A DNA stretch of 64,000 bases from Rhynchobatus australiae (GCA_034780895.1 JAUZTB010000001.1:131975223-132039222); one strand, 5' to 3'. Positions 12,652 to 27,187 are shown, counted from the stretch's first letter. Notes: a model not told the origin generated them from the sequence alone. Translations and numbers: made by a program.

Positions 12652-14244
12652 CTGGACATCAAGTAAGGTACACATTTTAGGCTGGTTTTAATGCTTGAGT
12701 AAGAAAGCAATTAATTAATCTTTATGAATACCAAATCTAGGAAGCTAGTGATTTTAGCTCAGGTGCTACAGGGCTGAGGATAACACGAATGCTGGAAACC
12801 ATCAAGGGTCCGAAAGTTTAGAGGAATGTTTTATTTCCATTTTACTCACAAATAAGATATACCCAAGTCTCAATTTAAGAAAACAATTCTTGGAAGAGAA
12901 ACAAAATTGGTTTCAGAATCCCAAAGAGCTTTATTAGATGGGTCCATTCCTCCATCCAATCAGAAAGACTGTCCTATAACCAACTTGGGCAACTCCAAGT
13001 TAGCCAAAGTTAAAGTCAGCCTTTACTTGTTTGTGGTTCCTCTCCTCCAGCTGAGAGTATACAAACATTTCATGTAATTTAATCAATGTGAAATAATAAT
13101 TACAGAGCAACCCACTTCAAAAACAGGTCTGAGAAGCACCAGCTTATTGAAGGAGGTGGTGCAATTGTTTTGTTGCAATCCAAACACTAAAGTTTAAAGA
13201 CTATGAAATGTATTTGATTAAAAAATGAACATTGACTATTAACAGAACTAAACATGAGCAGCAATTACATAAACATGCTTTTCTTTAAAAAACAACAATT
13301 TTAGAACAAGAGTGATTTTGAATTTAATCCAGGTTTAGAGGAGGTTTGAATTTCTTTTCAGTGGCCAGAGCTGGATTCTCACAATTTTAAACACCCCAGC
13401 TAATTGACTATATAGTCATCTGGAACAATTCATCAGTTTTTGGACTTGTTATTAGACAGCTNNNNNNNNNNNNNNTGGGGGGTGGGGTGGGAATGAGGGG
13501 TGGAATTCAGGGACACTGGTGAATGAAATGAAGATGACTTACATACAAGTCCAAAGGGCCTGCTTCACATTTCAGCAAGTGGGTCTGCACACATCATTCT
13601 TTAAATATTGCATTTGTGTCCTCCTCACATTTTTGCTTCTGTATAGTTATCAATACTGTAGTCTCTCAACAGGAGTTACAATTCTGAATGAAAGGATCAA
13701 TCTTCTCTGTTTACTCCCATAGGGGAGCTATTCTATTGACAATTGATAAAACTTGATCCATGCAGGACACTCAAATAACAACAAGGGAGCCCTTACCCAA
13801 CTAATTCAGCAAAACCAAAATGATTTGCCATTTTAAATCTCCAACTAAATAAAAAGTAATTACTCATGGTCAATAAGTATTAATTTTATGGCACCCAAAA
13901 GTGAATTGAACTGAATAGGTACCAGAGGGAAAGTAATTCATAGGGCTCCAGGGAAAGAAGTGGAATGAGACTGATGGGGTTCTTCTGGCACAGACTTGAT
14001 TCTATGCACAGTTATAAAGCTGTGGGAAAAAAAAAATTCTGACACATGAAAGTTGGAATAGGATTACAATAAAATATCAAAGCAAAGTTTTAGAGAATTA
14101 CACACTTGTCGGTACAGCTATGGAAATCTGGCTAATGCCGATAATTTAACATGTTAAAATTGATAACATTAAATTTTGCTTGCATGAGAGAAATCAACAC
14201 CCTTCATTTTTATTTACACACAAATGCTACATAAATCCCAGGTG

Positions 14245-14804
14245 TCTTGTCATATGATTGCATTTGTTACATTAATAGCCAAGAGATCCATTCTATTTAA
14301 ATGGAAGGACCCTGTACCTCCTACAACATTTCAATGGTTTTCGCAAACTTTTACATGTTTAAACTTAGAAAAAAATTAGGAGTGGTACTGATGATCCTTC
14401 GCTTAAATTTGAGGAAATTTGGAGTCCATTTATTCAGTATTTCCATATGATGTAAGCAGACCTTGTTCGAATCCCCTCGATAACCTTTTATTTGAATATA
14501 GAGGAGTGGAGCTAATGATGTAATAAATGTCATTTAACAGAAGAAATAAGAAGCTTTTTTTTTAAGTTTTTGGTTTGCTTTTGTTTTTTTTGGGGTTCTC
14601 TTTTCATATAATCATATTTCTTTTCAAATTCTTTTGTATCATGTTTGCTTAGTAAGAGATTGGGAGGTTCAGGTTATATATTTTACTCCGTGATTGTACA
14701 TGTCAACTTTTGTTATTGTAATCCCAATCTCTTCACACCATGTGTATAATCACTATTGCTATGTGTATTAATTTGAAATTTAATAAAAAGATTGAAGAAG
14801 ATAG
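14245..14804 (+). mobile_element. 5'-truncated L1-clade LINE (ORF2 C-terminus plus 3' UTR)
   Basis: HMIAFVTLIAKRSILFKWKDPVPPTTFQWF...LEK/IRSG...KFEEIWSPFIQYF* with one +1 frameshift in an A run; AATAAA and a GAA-rich tail. TSD AAATCCCAGGTG (14233-14244) / AAACCCCAGGTG (14805-14816). Confidence 0.75.
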
Positions 14805-15369
14805 AAACCCCAGGTGAAAGCAGACTGGCATTTAAACTTGGAATTCCTAAAACTGCTGTAGGAACTGCCTCACCACTGGAACCAGAGACCAAGGTTTCAA
14901 AGTAGCCTTGACTGATTGATACTTCAATGCTACCTGTTTTACAAATCCTGCTACAAACAAATTTAAAGGATAAACTTGTAGTTAGATAACATCCAGTGTG
15001 CTTGGAACACCTTTGAAGAATTCTCACCTAATAGTGCAACCACTGTTGTGTAGGAAAATGTGGCCATCAATTTGGGTATAGAAAATTCTTGCAAACAACA
15101 GACAAATTAACACATCAACTGCCTTTGGTGAGAGTAACATTGGCCAGGGCCCTCAAACTCCCCATTCTTCTTTGAACAAGATCTTGCACTATTCAAGGCT
15201 CTCAGATCTATTGATTTAATGCTTACCGTAATTCTATGTGCATCCCATTGCACAACTACAAAGCAATTTTCCAAATATTGGTATTTTCACTTAGAATGGC
15301 AAAGAGAATCTATTAGCTTTAGGCATAGTAGGTATGCATGGAACTAGAATGCAGGAGCAATCTTTCTCA

Positions 15370-15636
15370 GAGCACAGACACAGTCTTTTTGACACACCGA
15401 GTCTAAGCCAACCATTAAGTACCTATATGCACTAATCTGATTCATTCTCCTGTATTCCCCAGATTCTACCACTCAGCTACACACAAGGAGCAATTTACAG
15501 CAGCCAGTTTTCCCTAGATGCTCTGGTTTCCTGCCGCATCCCAACCTGCATGTCCTTCGGATGTGGGAGGAAACCAGAGCACCCAGGGGAAACCCACATG
15601 GTCACAAGAAGAATGTGCACACTCCAAACAGACAGC
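15370..15636 (-). mobile_element. V-SINE/HE1-like SINE
   Basis: Reverse complement contains GTGGGTTTCCCCTGGGTGCTCTGGTTTCCTCCCACATCC, the V-SINE central domain. Confidence 0.65.
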
Positions 15637-15960
15637 AAGATACAAAAGCCTGAAAGTACGTGCCACCAGGCTCAAGGACAGTTTCTATCCTGCTGTTATA
15701 AGACTACTGAATGATCCCCTAGTATGATACGATGGACTCTTGACCTCACAATCTCCCTCATTATGGCCTTGCACGTTATTGTCTGCCTACACTCTCTACA
15801 ACTGTAACATTTTATTCTGCATTCTGTTATTGCTTTCCCTTGTACTACCTCAATGCACTGTCGTAATGAAATGACCTGCATGAATGGCAATGCAAAACAA
15901 AGTTTTCGCTGCACCTTTGGACACGTGACAATAATAAACCATTTACCAATTTTACCATAA
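15637..15960 (+). mobile_element. Rex1/Babar-like LINE 3' end
   Basis: RYKSLKVRATRLKDSFYPAVIRLLN* followed by UTR, AATAAA and a TTTACCA repeat tail. Confidence 0.65.
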
Positions 15961-16232
15961 GGCAAGATCGAATTACTGGTGTAGAGGAATGTTTATTTGT
16001 CATCTGGCCTATGGTGAAACAGACCTGGAAAGACATCATGCAACACCAAATGCAGCATTTTAACTTAATGAACACAAACTAATCTCTCACCTTACCAATA
16101 TAGGTTACAGCAAATTCACTTGTACTAGTTCTCAACTGATATGCATTTCAAAAATGACTAAATATTTGAAAAGAGTGAATCACAGGCAATGACCTTAAGG
16201 AAATTTACGTACATTAGTAAATCATTACCTAC

Positions 16233-16305
16233 CTAGTATAGAATTTTTAGCAGATTCAACAGTCATCAGCATTTTCCGAGGGATCCACAGAAAAAGTTCT
16301 TCAGC
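16233..16305 (-). CDS. SETD3: SETD3 exon 5
   Basis: ttcag|AEELFLWIPRKMLMTVESAKNSIL-G|gtaggt. 73 nt. Confidence 0.96.
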
Positions 16306-17989
16306 CTGAAAACAAAGAATCACATCACCAGAGGCTGTTCTGATGAAGCCACAAATAATTCCTTAATTATATTATTCTATTTATGCAAGAATTCTAAACA
16401 ATCCAAAAGGCAGACAGACTCAAATTAGAAGCAAAAGTCAAAGCATATTATAATAAGCATATGCAATTAATTCTTAACAAAAAAAAGTCAACAACACAGT
16501 AGTTTTTGGCAAGTACTACACCCATGCCTTTGTATATTTCTGGAAAATAGAAATGTGGCACTAATCTCCACTTTCATCAATTGTCATCTTCAACGTGCAA
16601 CAGGAGTAAATCCATATTAATCGCATCCAAAGGCTGACTGGAGTGGTAGAAGAAAGCAAATAAAATGTTGATGGCCCATTTTTCGTATTACTGGTGGCTT
16701 ATCGTCATCTTCAGTAATACCGCTTTCTGTTAATAGTAGGTGCTGCCTTACTCAGCATTTATATAGCGCTGGTTTAGTTGCACACAATCTCAGCAGGGCT
16801 TTGATTCCTCCAGGTAAGTTTACTAATCTGACATGTGTTGCAGGATAACCACTGAAACCTGCAGTGCTCCATCATGCCAAATTATCCACTTTGTCATTTT
16901 TGTCAATGAGATTTCCTCCCTCTCAGAAACAGTCTGCTATTTAAATAAAAGAAAATGACAAAATGTTGGTCCTTTAATGCTAATTTAGTAGCTGTGAGCC
17001 AAGGTTTCATCTTGCACTTTCCAAATACAAGAGTTCACAAACTACTTTGTCTGAGCCCTGCACAGACAAATCCAAGCAAAAATGCACTAGAAGATTGGAA
17101 TCAGTTCCAAATTCAACACTCCAGGAAAACAAATTGGAGAGCAGGGTGCAGGGCAAAGACAGTTGAGTCTCGAATCAAGTGTATTCACATGGAAAAAAAA
17201 TAGGGAACCCAAGGATCTTAGCTAATATTGTATTTATCCTCTTTCCCTATCCCTATGCAAACCCCCATCCCCAAACCCCAAAGTAGTTTAAAAACAATAC
17301 AATACTCAGGTCAATCATCATTTGAATTGTCAGAATGGGACAGGATGAGAAAAGATCTGCCATTTACACTGCTTTTCTGCCTTGCCAGCAAATATCAAGT
17401 AAAATATGTGACCGCAGGAGTTAATTTTGCATGCCTGATCGGCCAATTCACTATGCAACATGTTTAAGCATGTATTCATTCATACAAATANNNNNNNNNN
17501 CCAGTCAATTGTCCATCTTTAGGTCAACTGACATAGAACAAACTCTCAACAGAAAGTTACAGAATAAAATTTAAGCAGTCCAGTCAGAAATTTTGGATTA
17601 GTAGATTTCATTGAAATTTCCAGGACTTTAAATTTTTCCCGATACCCACATACTGAGATTTATTTAAAATCCTATTTCCACAAAGTTTAAGGATAAAAAA
17701 AAAGGAATTTTTTATTATGAGAGAAAGAAACAGAATTAACATTTCAGGTGACTGCCATTTCTGAGGCNNNNNNNNNNNNNNNNNNNNNNNNNNNNNNNNN
17801 NNNNCTTTGTTTTTCTCTATTCTATCCTCAGTTGCTGCCCAACTGGAGTACAACTAACATTTTCTTCTTTTATTTTTAGACATCCAGCATTGGCAATAGA
17901 TTACTTGCCATCAGCAAAATATTACGCTGGCAGTTGTTATGAGAATGATAGTCCTGTTAAGTAATATCACTGTGAAAAGTTATATTTCA

Positions 17990-18252
17990 AAGAATTAAAG
18001 GAAGTGTGTGGGGGCAAGTTTTCTCTTTTACACAGCAAGTGGTAGGTGCCTGGAATGCACTGCCAGGGGTGGTAGAGGCAAATACAAGAGAGGCATTTAA
18101 GAGGCTCTTAGATAGGCACATGAATGTGCAGAGAATGGAGGGATATGGACATTATATAGGCAGAAGGGATTAGTTTAGTTAGGCATTTAATTAGTTTGGC
18201 ACAATATCATGGGCTGAAGGGCCTGTTCCTGTGCTGTACTGTTCTACGTTCT
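17990..18252 (+). mobile_element. CR1-type LINE 3' end
   Basis: WNALP-type ORF2 end followed by GGGCTGAAGGGCCTGTTCCTGTGCTGTACTGTTCTA tail. Confidence 0.8.
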
Positions 18253-21200
18253 GTGGCACATTTCCCCAAACAATCTTTCAGCATTGTGAGGCTTTTATAA
18301 AAACAGAAAACATCCCTGTCCAAAATACCACAGGAAAGCAGCTTTGCATAACGTACATTTAAAAACAGAGTGGTTGTAGGGTAAAAGAAAATATAAAGAC
18401 AAATCAGAAAGATGAAAACTAAATTAACTTTGCTATAACACCCCAAGCTTAAGGAAATAATTCTTACATGGTTGAAATTGATTTAAGAAATACAAATTAT
18501 AAATCGTATCAAAATGTTTGCAGTAAGTCGGGCAATGTTTTGTTTTGGAAGGACAGGAGTATTGTTGCATGTAAAATACAAGTGTTCCACTTTACTGCAA
18601 AGAGGATCTAACCTTTTAAGAGGCCCAGATTTAATTGCTGCTAAATAAGGACTGGCGGCACCAATGTGCTCAGTGTCAAGTTGCAGCTCCGAAGTACCTA
18701 CCATTTTAAGATAGTTGTGCATGTGTGAAATTAGCTGGAATGCAGGGTCTGTGGGTACTCAATATACAGATTAAACAAATATCTGTGCTTGTACAAGTTG
18801 TGAGCCATAAGATAAAGCACAAGACAAATGTAAACATTACATATTGTTCATCTATTTTTAAAATGGTTACCCTACAAATAGGCATTTAATTCTAGGATAA
18901 AAACCAGTTGAAGGCAGACAAGCACAAGCACACTGCTGAGACCCTGTAATAACTTGCAAGGAAATGTTATGTGTACACTCAGTTCATAAAGCAGATGGAA
19001 GTGCTAAAATCAGATAAAAATACAGGAAGTGAGCTGTGAAGTTCACTGAAATCTTGCTGAAAATAGGCGCATGTGGACAGAGCAGATGAGATGAATGTGA
19101 AAGGATGAATACAAAACAAAGAATGCATGACCAAGATTACGTGTCATAGTATTGCTTTGCTTTCAAACATTCTTTCACCCCCATCTCATCCTTTCAGTGA
19201 CAACATTTTATCTATTTTTCATCTAGGTTTGGTTTGGCAGTTGCCTCTTTAGTTACAACTGGAGTGAGCCACTTTTTGCACCAGACACTATGTGGTAAAC
19301 ATTAATGCTGTGACTTCTCTGCTGTGGGGTTAATGCTGGATAACACTGTTTTCATTTTAAAAGGATTTGTGATTAGGCACGCTTCTAAGAAATAAACTAA
19401 ATATCTGACCTTGTATTTTCAAAAGGGAACAAAGTTGTGGGCATCACATTAACTTTTCCAGGATATAATAGATTTCAATTTGAATTGAGTCCCAAGAAAT
19501 AGATGGTGCTAGGAAACTCTGAAGCTGCAGCAGTCATCTGAAACAGATTCCTGCTTTGAAACCCCACTAAGATTGAAAGTTACCATTTTAAAATCATTTA
19601 ATGATTATAATTGTTCCTACAAATGGAATATTTTAATTATATTGTTGGCTCAAAAAGCTTTAGACAGAAAAGGTTGAAGGGTCTTTGATCAGAAACACTC
19701 ACTGCTTCTATTTCCACAGATGCTGTCTGACCAGCACTTAAAGTTTTCTGTCTAAATCTGAAATGAAAAGTGTAAGTACTTACTTGACTGTTCAATTATC
19801 TGTTTGTTTATTGCTCATTTTATAATTATATTTTGTTTTTGAAGAAATCTTGCATAATGTTATACAACACAGAACACTACAGCACAGTACAGGCCCTTCG
19901 GCCCACAATGTTGTGCCGACATTTTATCCTGCTCTAAGNNNNNNNNNNNNNNNNNNNNNNNNNNNNNNNNNNNNNNNNNNNNNNNNNNNNNNNNNNNNNN
20001 NNNNNNNNNNNNNNNNNNNNNNNNNNNNNNNNNNNNNNNNNNNNNNNNNNNNNNNNNNNNNNNNNNNNNNNNNNNNNNNNNNNNNNNNNNNNNNNNNNNN
20101 NNNNNNNNNNNNNNNNNNNNNNNNNNNNNNNNNNNNNNNNNNNNNNNNNNNNNNNNNNNNNNNNNNNNNNNNNNNNNNNNNNNNNNNNNNNNNNNNNNNN
20201 NNNNNNNNNNNNNNNNNNNNNNNNNNNNNNNNNNNNNNNNNNNNNNNNNNNNNNNNNNNNNNNNNNNNNNNNNNNNNNNNNNNNNNNNNNNNNNNNNNNN
20301 NNNNNNNNNNNNNNNNNNNNNNNNNNNNNNNNNNNNNNNNNNNNNNNNNNNNNNNNNNNNNNNNNNNNNNNNNNNNNNNNNNNNNNNNNNNNNNNNNNNN
20401 NNNNNNNNNNNNNNNNNNNNNNNNNNNNNNNNNNNNNNNNNNNNNNNNNNNNNNNNNNNNNNNNNNNNNNNNNAGTGCAACAGTGGAAAATTGCTTACAA
20501 TAAAGGAACCCATCTCTCTCATGCAACAGACTGGTTCTTGACCTATTCAAGCAGATGACAGAGGGAGCAACACACAAGATCTTAAATAAACTGAGTTTGA
20601 AAAACATCATTAAACTATTTTCGTATTGAACAAATAGTTTCAATGTCTTGTCTTTCACCCATTTTTCTCCTGGCACCTAAAAGACTTGCATCCCTCTCTT
20701 CAGATCATCTACAAAACTGCATACATTTCACCACTATGTATTATTTTCTCTCCTATAATCCACGAATGCCTTCCATATTCAGTCTTCTCATCCTTCAGGG
20801 ACAAACAGGTAATCACCTTCAACAAATTTTCTTAGTACAAGTAATCTCAATTTATCAGCAAACAATAATAAATAATAGTAAACATTTTACACCAGTAGAG
20901 ATGACTGTGTGGGGTCCAATTTTCAACTTTTTCCTACTTAGAAGCAAAGTTTTATAAACAGCTTTGGCAAGATGACTGGGTTCGGTGGACTAAACCCCAA
21001 TGATTTTTCCTTCTGGTGCTTACAGTATACTTAAATCTAACTGATAATTCAATAGCTTTCGAATATACAGCTTTATTCAATGTCACACAATCTTGGGCAT
21101 TTTATAAAATAAGGGAAGGAAAGAACAAAAATTATGCAAGAAATTCATTCATTCCAAATGTAACAATGTAATTGTAAGGTATGGAAATATGCAAGTTATA

Positions 21201-22104
21201 ACCATTCAGAAAGACTTTAGTACTCTTTCTTTACCAATCTTGCCTGTGCTTCTGCTGGGAGACAGCAAGAGTCCAACCAACAGTGAAATTAGATGCAGTG
21301 TTGCTTTCCTGACAGCCAAACACAGGAAAAGTTAGGTTTTTCAGTTTCTTTATTCCTCTAATGCACCAGCAAGAGGTCTTCTCAGTTTGTCTCTGATGGA
21401 TTATTGGACATTATTAAATGTGACTGCAGCATAGATTCCATATCACTGTTGGGCAAGCTTTCCTTTACTTTCAAAGATCTATAGAATGCTTAAGTTTATA
21501 ATTTAAGCAATGGTGGAACTGTTCAGTGTGTTCCTCTCCCTCATGTGGATTCCATACAAGCATGTGTACAGAATATTAATATAGCCCTTCCTATGTGGTG
21601 GTGTAATAGGACTGCCAGCAGACATACAAAGAGCTCCATGCATATAGACAATGATGCTCTGTATCAGCAGATGACTCTTTTANNNNNNNNNNNNNNNNNN
21701 NNNNNNNNNNNNNNNNNNNNNNNNNNNNNNNNNNNNNNNNNNNNNNNNNNNNNNNNNNNNNNNNNNNNNNNNNNNNNNNNNNTATCAGCAGATGAATCTT
21801 TTAGTTTTAAAAAAAAGCCACTGTTCCAATATTCTTAAAAATTTTGTGACTTAATTTTAAATAGGCACAGTTGCATCATATCAGAAGATACCCTCATTTA
21901 CTATGGAGCACTGAAGCTGGAGTTCTCAATGAAAGCATGACAGATGTCATTACAGTCTAAGGTCAAGAGTTATGAGCGAGTGTGAAATAATGAGGGTCAT
22001 TGCAAAACTAAAAGACGATACATGTTAGTGGATGCACTAATGTCTGCAGGCCATACTACTGCATGGAAAGGACAGCAGATGAAGGAGGTGAAAAAAAGGC
22101 AAAC

Positions 22105-22253
22105 CTTAATGTCTTTAGTTGCCTTTAAACCATAACCCTCTTCTGGGAAATAAGAGATTTCAAAACCTTCAGTTGAGGCTCCACAGTCAGCTGCCCACTG
22201 TAGTAGTTCATCAAAGTGGTGTTCTCTGTTCCCATCAAAGATAACCGATAACC
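22105..22253 (-). CDS. SETD3: SETD3 exon 4 (start of SET domain)
   Basis: tttag|GLSVIFDGNREHHFDELLQWAADCGASTEGFEISYFPEEGYGLKATKDIK|gtttgc. 149 nt; lies within ORF 21997..22272. Confidence 0.96.
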
Positions 22254-22529
22254 CTAAATGGTCACAAACCACATAGCAACTTACAATCTTAACAGTTAAG
22301 CAAATTGAGAAGTTATTAATGAGAAAAGCAGCAAGGTAACAACAAAACCAATTTGGTAATATGCATTGAAAAATGCTGTAAAAAGGACCACATAGCTTTG
22401 GGTAGACTCAAAACTGCACAGCAACAACTTTGGCACAAGAATTACAATATACACCATCCATAATAACATTGTGCATCATATTCAATTAACTAAATGCTAG
22501 CACCAGTTGGTTATGCTGCACAATTTGAG

Positions 22530-24070
22530 AGAAGCACACCTCGTGTCCTGAATAGTCAACCCTTTACTTTGAGACTGTCATCCCAGTTCCAGATTGTTCA
22601 ATCAGAGTAAACATACAAAAGTCTTGCAGGGTGGTACAGGGATGATGTTTCAATGAGATCACCCCTCATTCTTCAAATTTATGAGCACAGGGCCAGTGTA
22701 TTACGCTTAATCCCATGAGCTCCAATTCTGTTTAATAGTCTCGTGTGGCACACTGTCAAAGGTCTTCTGAAAATCCAAATACACCACATCAGCTGGTTCA
22801 CCCCATTTAAGGTGCTAGTTACAACCTCAATGTCCAACTAATCATAACTTCCTTTCATAAATCCATGCTGATTTGTCCTCATCCTATTATGATTTAAGTG
22901 TACTGTTTATTACCTCCTTTATGATATATTCCAGCATGTTTCTCGCTGCAGATGTCAAGCCAACTATGATTGCCCACTTTCTCTCCATTTCTTTTCTTGT
23001 TTCCTATCTTCCTAGCTGAGGAAACTGACTGGAATCAATGGAATTTTAGAAGATGACAACCAGTGCATCTACTGCCTCCACAGACCTAGGATACATGTCA
23101 TCAGGACCTGGAGATTTATTACATTTCCATTAATTTCTTCAGCAACTTTTTGCTGATGCTTTTTTTTTTGAGCTCTTCATTCATTCCACAATTATAATTC
23201 TCCATTATTTGCAGTTGTGAAGACAGATACAGAACACTTGCTTAATTTCTCTGCCATTTCCTTATTTCCGCAATACAAACTTCTCATCTCGGGCTTCAGG
23301 AGATCCACGGTAACTTCAGTTAAATTTATTTTAAACTTTTTAAACACATTTATAGAAACTTTTTACCATCTTTTTTTTAAAAAAAACTTGACTACTCTCA
23401 CATTGTACTTTCCCATTTCTACTCAAAAGTCCCCCATTGTGATTTCTGAAATTTTTCCAATCGTCAGACTTCTTGCTCTTTTATTTGGCAAAATTAGTCT
23501 TATAACTTTGTTTGATAGTCCAGGTTGGATCATTTTCCTGGTGGGATTTTTAACCTCAAAAAGGGATACATATTACTTGTAATATATCAATTATATATAA
23601 TTGATATATTACATACATCAATTCTTTAAATTTTAGCTAATATTTGTTTACTAAGATATCGATTTAACAAAGGCAACTAATACCTTTGCAATTTGTTTCA
23701 TTCAGATGCAAGACCCTAGTTTCAGTTTGAAGAAATTATATAAAATTGTGTGGAATTATGATCACCATTTATTAAGTGCATCTTGTTACTCTTTCTTGTT
23801 ACATAATATTAAATCTAAAACAGCTTATTCCCTCATTGGTTCCTAAAATGTACTGATCCAGGAAATTATCTCTTATACGTTGTCATGAATTTTTCCTCCA
23901 CTGTATTAATGCTTCTTTGGTTTGTCCAGCCTTCATGTAAATTTAAATCTCCCATAATGACTGTAATACCATTGTTACATGTACCCCTAATTTCTTGACT
24001 TGTACTATGCCCTGCACTACCACAACTGTTTGGGGGTCTATATACAACTCCCACGAACATTCTCTGCCCT
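22530..24070 (-). mobile_element. Old CR1-type LINE, EN/RT fragments
   Basis: ORF 23866..24060 VGVVYRPPNS..IMGDLN (APE endonuclease); reverse DVVYLDFQKTFDSVP near 22750-22790. Confidence 0.7.
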
Positions 24071-25114
24071 CAAAAAAAATAGCTGACATTATATGTTCAA
24101 CACTCAGCAGTCAGTCCCACAACCCAGAGTCACAGCAGACAAATTGCAACACTTCCAAGTCATGTGCTGATTGAAATCAAATTATTCAAAAATATTCTGA
24201 CCTAACCTTCAAAAACAAAAGCAAATAGTCTATGAAAGGCTGCAGGTCAGAAGTGGGAGGATGCACAAGTGCAAGAAACGCTAGAAGAGATAATTTTAAA
24301 AATGTATTGGGTGCAAATGGGACACCAGTATTGAACAAAACAAAAGGAGTTTGAGCACTGTTCTATTATGGTATTCAACTTAAAAACAGTTGCCAGGCAA
24401 GTCCCTTGTCTTGTTCACAAAAAGCAGTACATGTCTAATCCAGCTAATAACCATGCTTTTATTCTACCCTCAAACATCAAAGTATTGAAAGAGGTCATGG
24501 ATGGGATTATCAAGCCATACTCACTTACTATAAACATAGTTGCTGATGTTCAGTCTGTGATCTACCAGTACCAATCAAGTCCAGAATTCATTACAGCCTT
24601 GATCCAACAGGAATCAAATAACCAAATTCCAGAGCTCAGGTGACAATGTTTGAGATCAAGGCATTTGTCTGAGAGTGACATCAGGAGCCTTATAAAATTA
24701 AAGCTAGTGGACCTTGGTGCTAGGTTTGGGGAGGGGGGGAGGGGGGGGGTGGTTAGTATGGAGATAGAGAAAAAATATCACTGACTGGAGTTGTACCTTA
24801 CACAAAAGATGACTGACAAAGTCAATCATCTCTCGCCAACAGATTGCTGCAGGAGCTCCTCAGCATAGTGCTTTAGGCCTATTCTTCCTCAACTCCTTTA
24901 CCAATGACCTTCCTTTCATCATGTTTGAGGAACAGACGTTTGCTGATAATTGCAGTGTCAAGTTCCATTTGCAAGTCATATCAGATATACTCCTACTATG
25001 AGAATATTACAGAAATTCTGGCCCATTTCTCTTTATCAAAGTCTAATATTTCAATTTTTGACTTAAATATAGTTTACTGACAGAAGACATTAGATGTTGC
25101 AAATTAAGCATCCA

Positions 25115-25210
25115 AATTGATGAAGGGTCTCAACACGAAACGTCAACTGTTTATTTCCCTCCATAGATACTGCCTGACCTGCTGAGTACCTCCAGCAATG
25201 TGTGCGTTTC
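25115..25210 (+). repeat. Penelope-type short repeat
   Basis: TTGATGA-AGGGTCTCAACAC-GAAACGTC-AACTG followed by family core. Confidence 0.7.
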
Positions 25211-25351
25211 CCAATATACATCTGCTCCAATTTCACAGTGTTGCTGGTTAGTAATGACAGCGATGAGGAGGGTCAGACAAAATTTGATTTTGTAATAAGA
25301 GAACCCATATTAACTAACTATTATCCAAAAGAGGAAATTAACCATCCATAC

Positions 25352-25444
25352 CTTTTTGCTTTTTACGGATTTTCTCAATCAGGCTTCGGATCTGCACGTA
25401 TTCTTCCCACTCCTTTCCTGGTGCAGTGGAAGGATTACTACATT
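25352..25444 (-). CDS. SETD3: SETD3 exon 3
   Basis: ttcaag|...(K)CSNPSTAPGKEWEEYVQIRSLIEKIRKKQK-G|gtatgg. 93 nt, phase 1-1. Confidence 0.96.
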
Positions 25445-27081
25445 CTTGAAAAATAAGGAAAAAGTGGAAATATTTTACAAAGCATATTCTGGTTAATCGA
25501 AGCACATAGATGCCTCATCCTGGGAGGGTGGTATATTGAATTAACAACCCAGCACTTCACTTTCGTGTTCAATATTTGGAACTGCCTAAACTGATGGGAT
25601 AAAATGTCTCCAATGTCTGTTACTCCCTCTTCTACATCAAGGAGTTTATCCAGCTTCAAAAGTCTGGTCGTTCACGTGTGTGGGTATGTTATAAATTTAC
25701 CCTTATTTTAGCATTAACAGGCATTAACATTTCCAACCCAAGGAAACAAGAACAGTTTGAGCACAAAACCAAATCACAAATGGTATTTGAAGGTTGAGAG
25801 CAAGACATGTTATTCATTCAGAAGTTTCACTGAGAAGCCAGCTGTGATACCCCCGATCTGAGAATGCCTTGAGTTAACCAACAGCTCCAAGGGTTTGTTC
25901 TTCTGCATTAATATACCTTGCTTTGACAGGTTCAAAACATAACCTGGGATAAGACAGTACAGAGGCTCTACATTCCTATCCACGACTGCTCTTGGAGTGA
26001 TATAATTAAACCCATTCCCTTGTTCTATAATGTTACCACCAAATCTGATTCTACAATCTCTTCTGACTGTGTACTTTCAGATGACAGCACAATACAAAAA
26101 GCAATTCCTTACATAGCCTCTGTCTTTTTGTTTTTGCTTATCACTGGTCCATATCCTACGTACCAATCTTTCTGCCTTAGAATAGATTTACTCCTCATTT
26201 ACCCTAACAAAGTTTGTCAAATCTCCTTTTAACCTGTTCTGTTCATCTTGAAAAAGTCTTGAACACCCATAAACTGCTGATTTGATCAGTTATTTGCCTA
26301 ACCAAAATGTAATTCCTAATTTACAGCTTTTCATCCATAGCCAACTCTTGTCGAGTAACAATGGAGGATCAGATGACATTCTTTCTAAATGGGGAAGACT
26401 TTCCTGACCTCCATTTGTTTTGAGCAGATTTTGCACTCTAGGGAAGAATTTTATTGTAGATTAAGTGAAGTTAAGGAACTACTCACATCCAGTTTTCATT
26501 GTGCTGTGTTAAATCATCACATTACTCACTGCATCCTCTTACAATCACAGTCTCCCATAATACCATTCACTCTGAAAAAAATAGCTGCACAAGTCAGGCT
26601 AATAAATCTCAATGCTGTGTTAGTACATATGGTATTCAAACAACCAGAGCATGCAACTGACTCCAGGCTAATTTATAAAGGAACTCGGCAAACACCAATT
26701 GAAAATGGAGATTGTAGGTTATAGAAATATTAATAACAGTTTATTCAACCATATAATGATTTCAGAAAGTGATAAGGAGTTTGGAGTCAGAATGGGTGGT
26801 GGGGTGGGGTTGGGAGGTGAAGGCATTGCAAGGAATTTGTTTCTAAAAATTAACTTAGTGACGCAGCTTTTCAAAATATTGCAGTTCCAGGAATTAGAAA
26901 TGACTTGGCAAATTTAATCAGACTCAAAGGAGAAAATACCTACAAATACCTACAAGGGGAAAATAGCTGTCAAATGAGCTGTCAACTCACTATTACCAGC
27001 TTTTCACCCAGTGTTATTAAAATTGTCTGCACTGTGAGTGAGCAAAGGATCTCATATCAGGTATACTATCAGCATACTTAC

Positions 27082-27187
27082 TCTGTAACAGTTCAGTTAT
27101 CAGATTCATTATTTCCTTTGTGGAAACAGTGGCTGTAGCTCCACCTCCTCCTGATTTTTGTGTTTTGACTCTACTCTTCTTGCCCAT
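27082..27187 (-). CDS. SETD3: SETD3 first coding exon (exon 2)
   Basis: Reverse strand reads cag|AAAA-ATG then MGKKSRVKTQKSGGGGATATVSTKEIMNLITELLQ + A|gtaagt, matching the vertebrate SETD3 N-terminus. 106 coding nt, phase 1. Confidence 0.96.

Noticed and set aside
12652-12680. SETD3 intron 5 acceptor with TACCTTAC, resembling a U12 branch site
   Set aside because: The donor is GTAGGT (U2) and the match is poor; simply a weak polypyrimidine tract.
19850-20676. Long ORFs of 217-250 aa (also at 31561, 36658, 37862 and 60276)
   Set aside because: They consist mostly of X residues from N gaps; artefacts.
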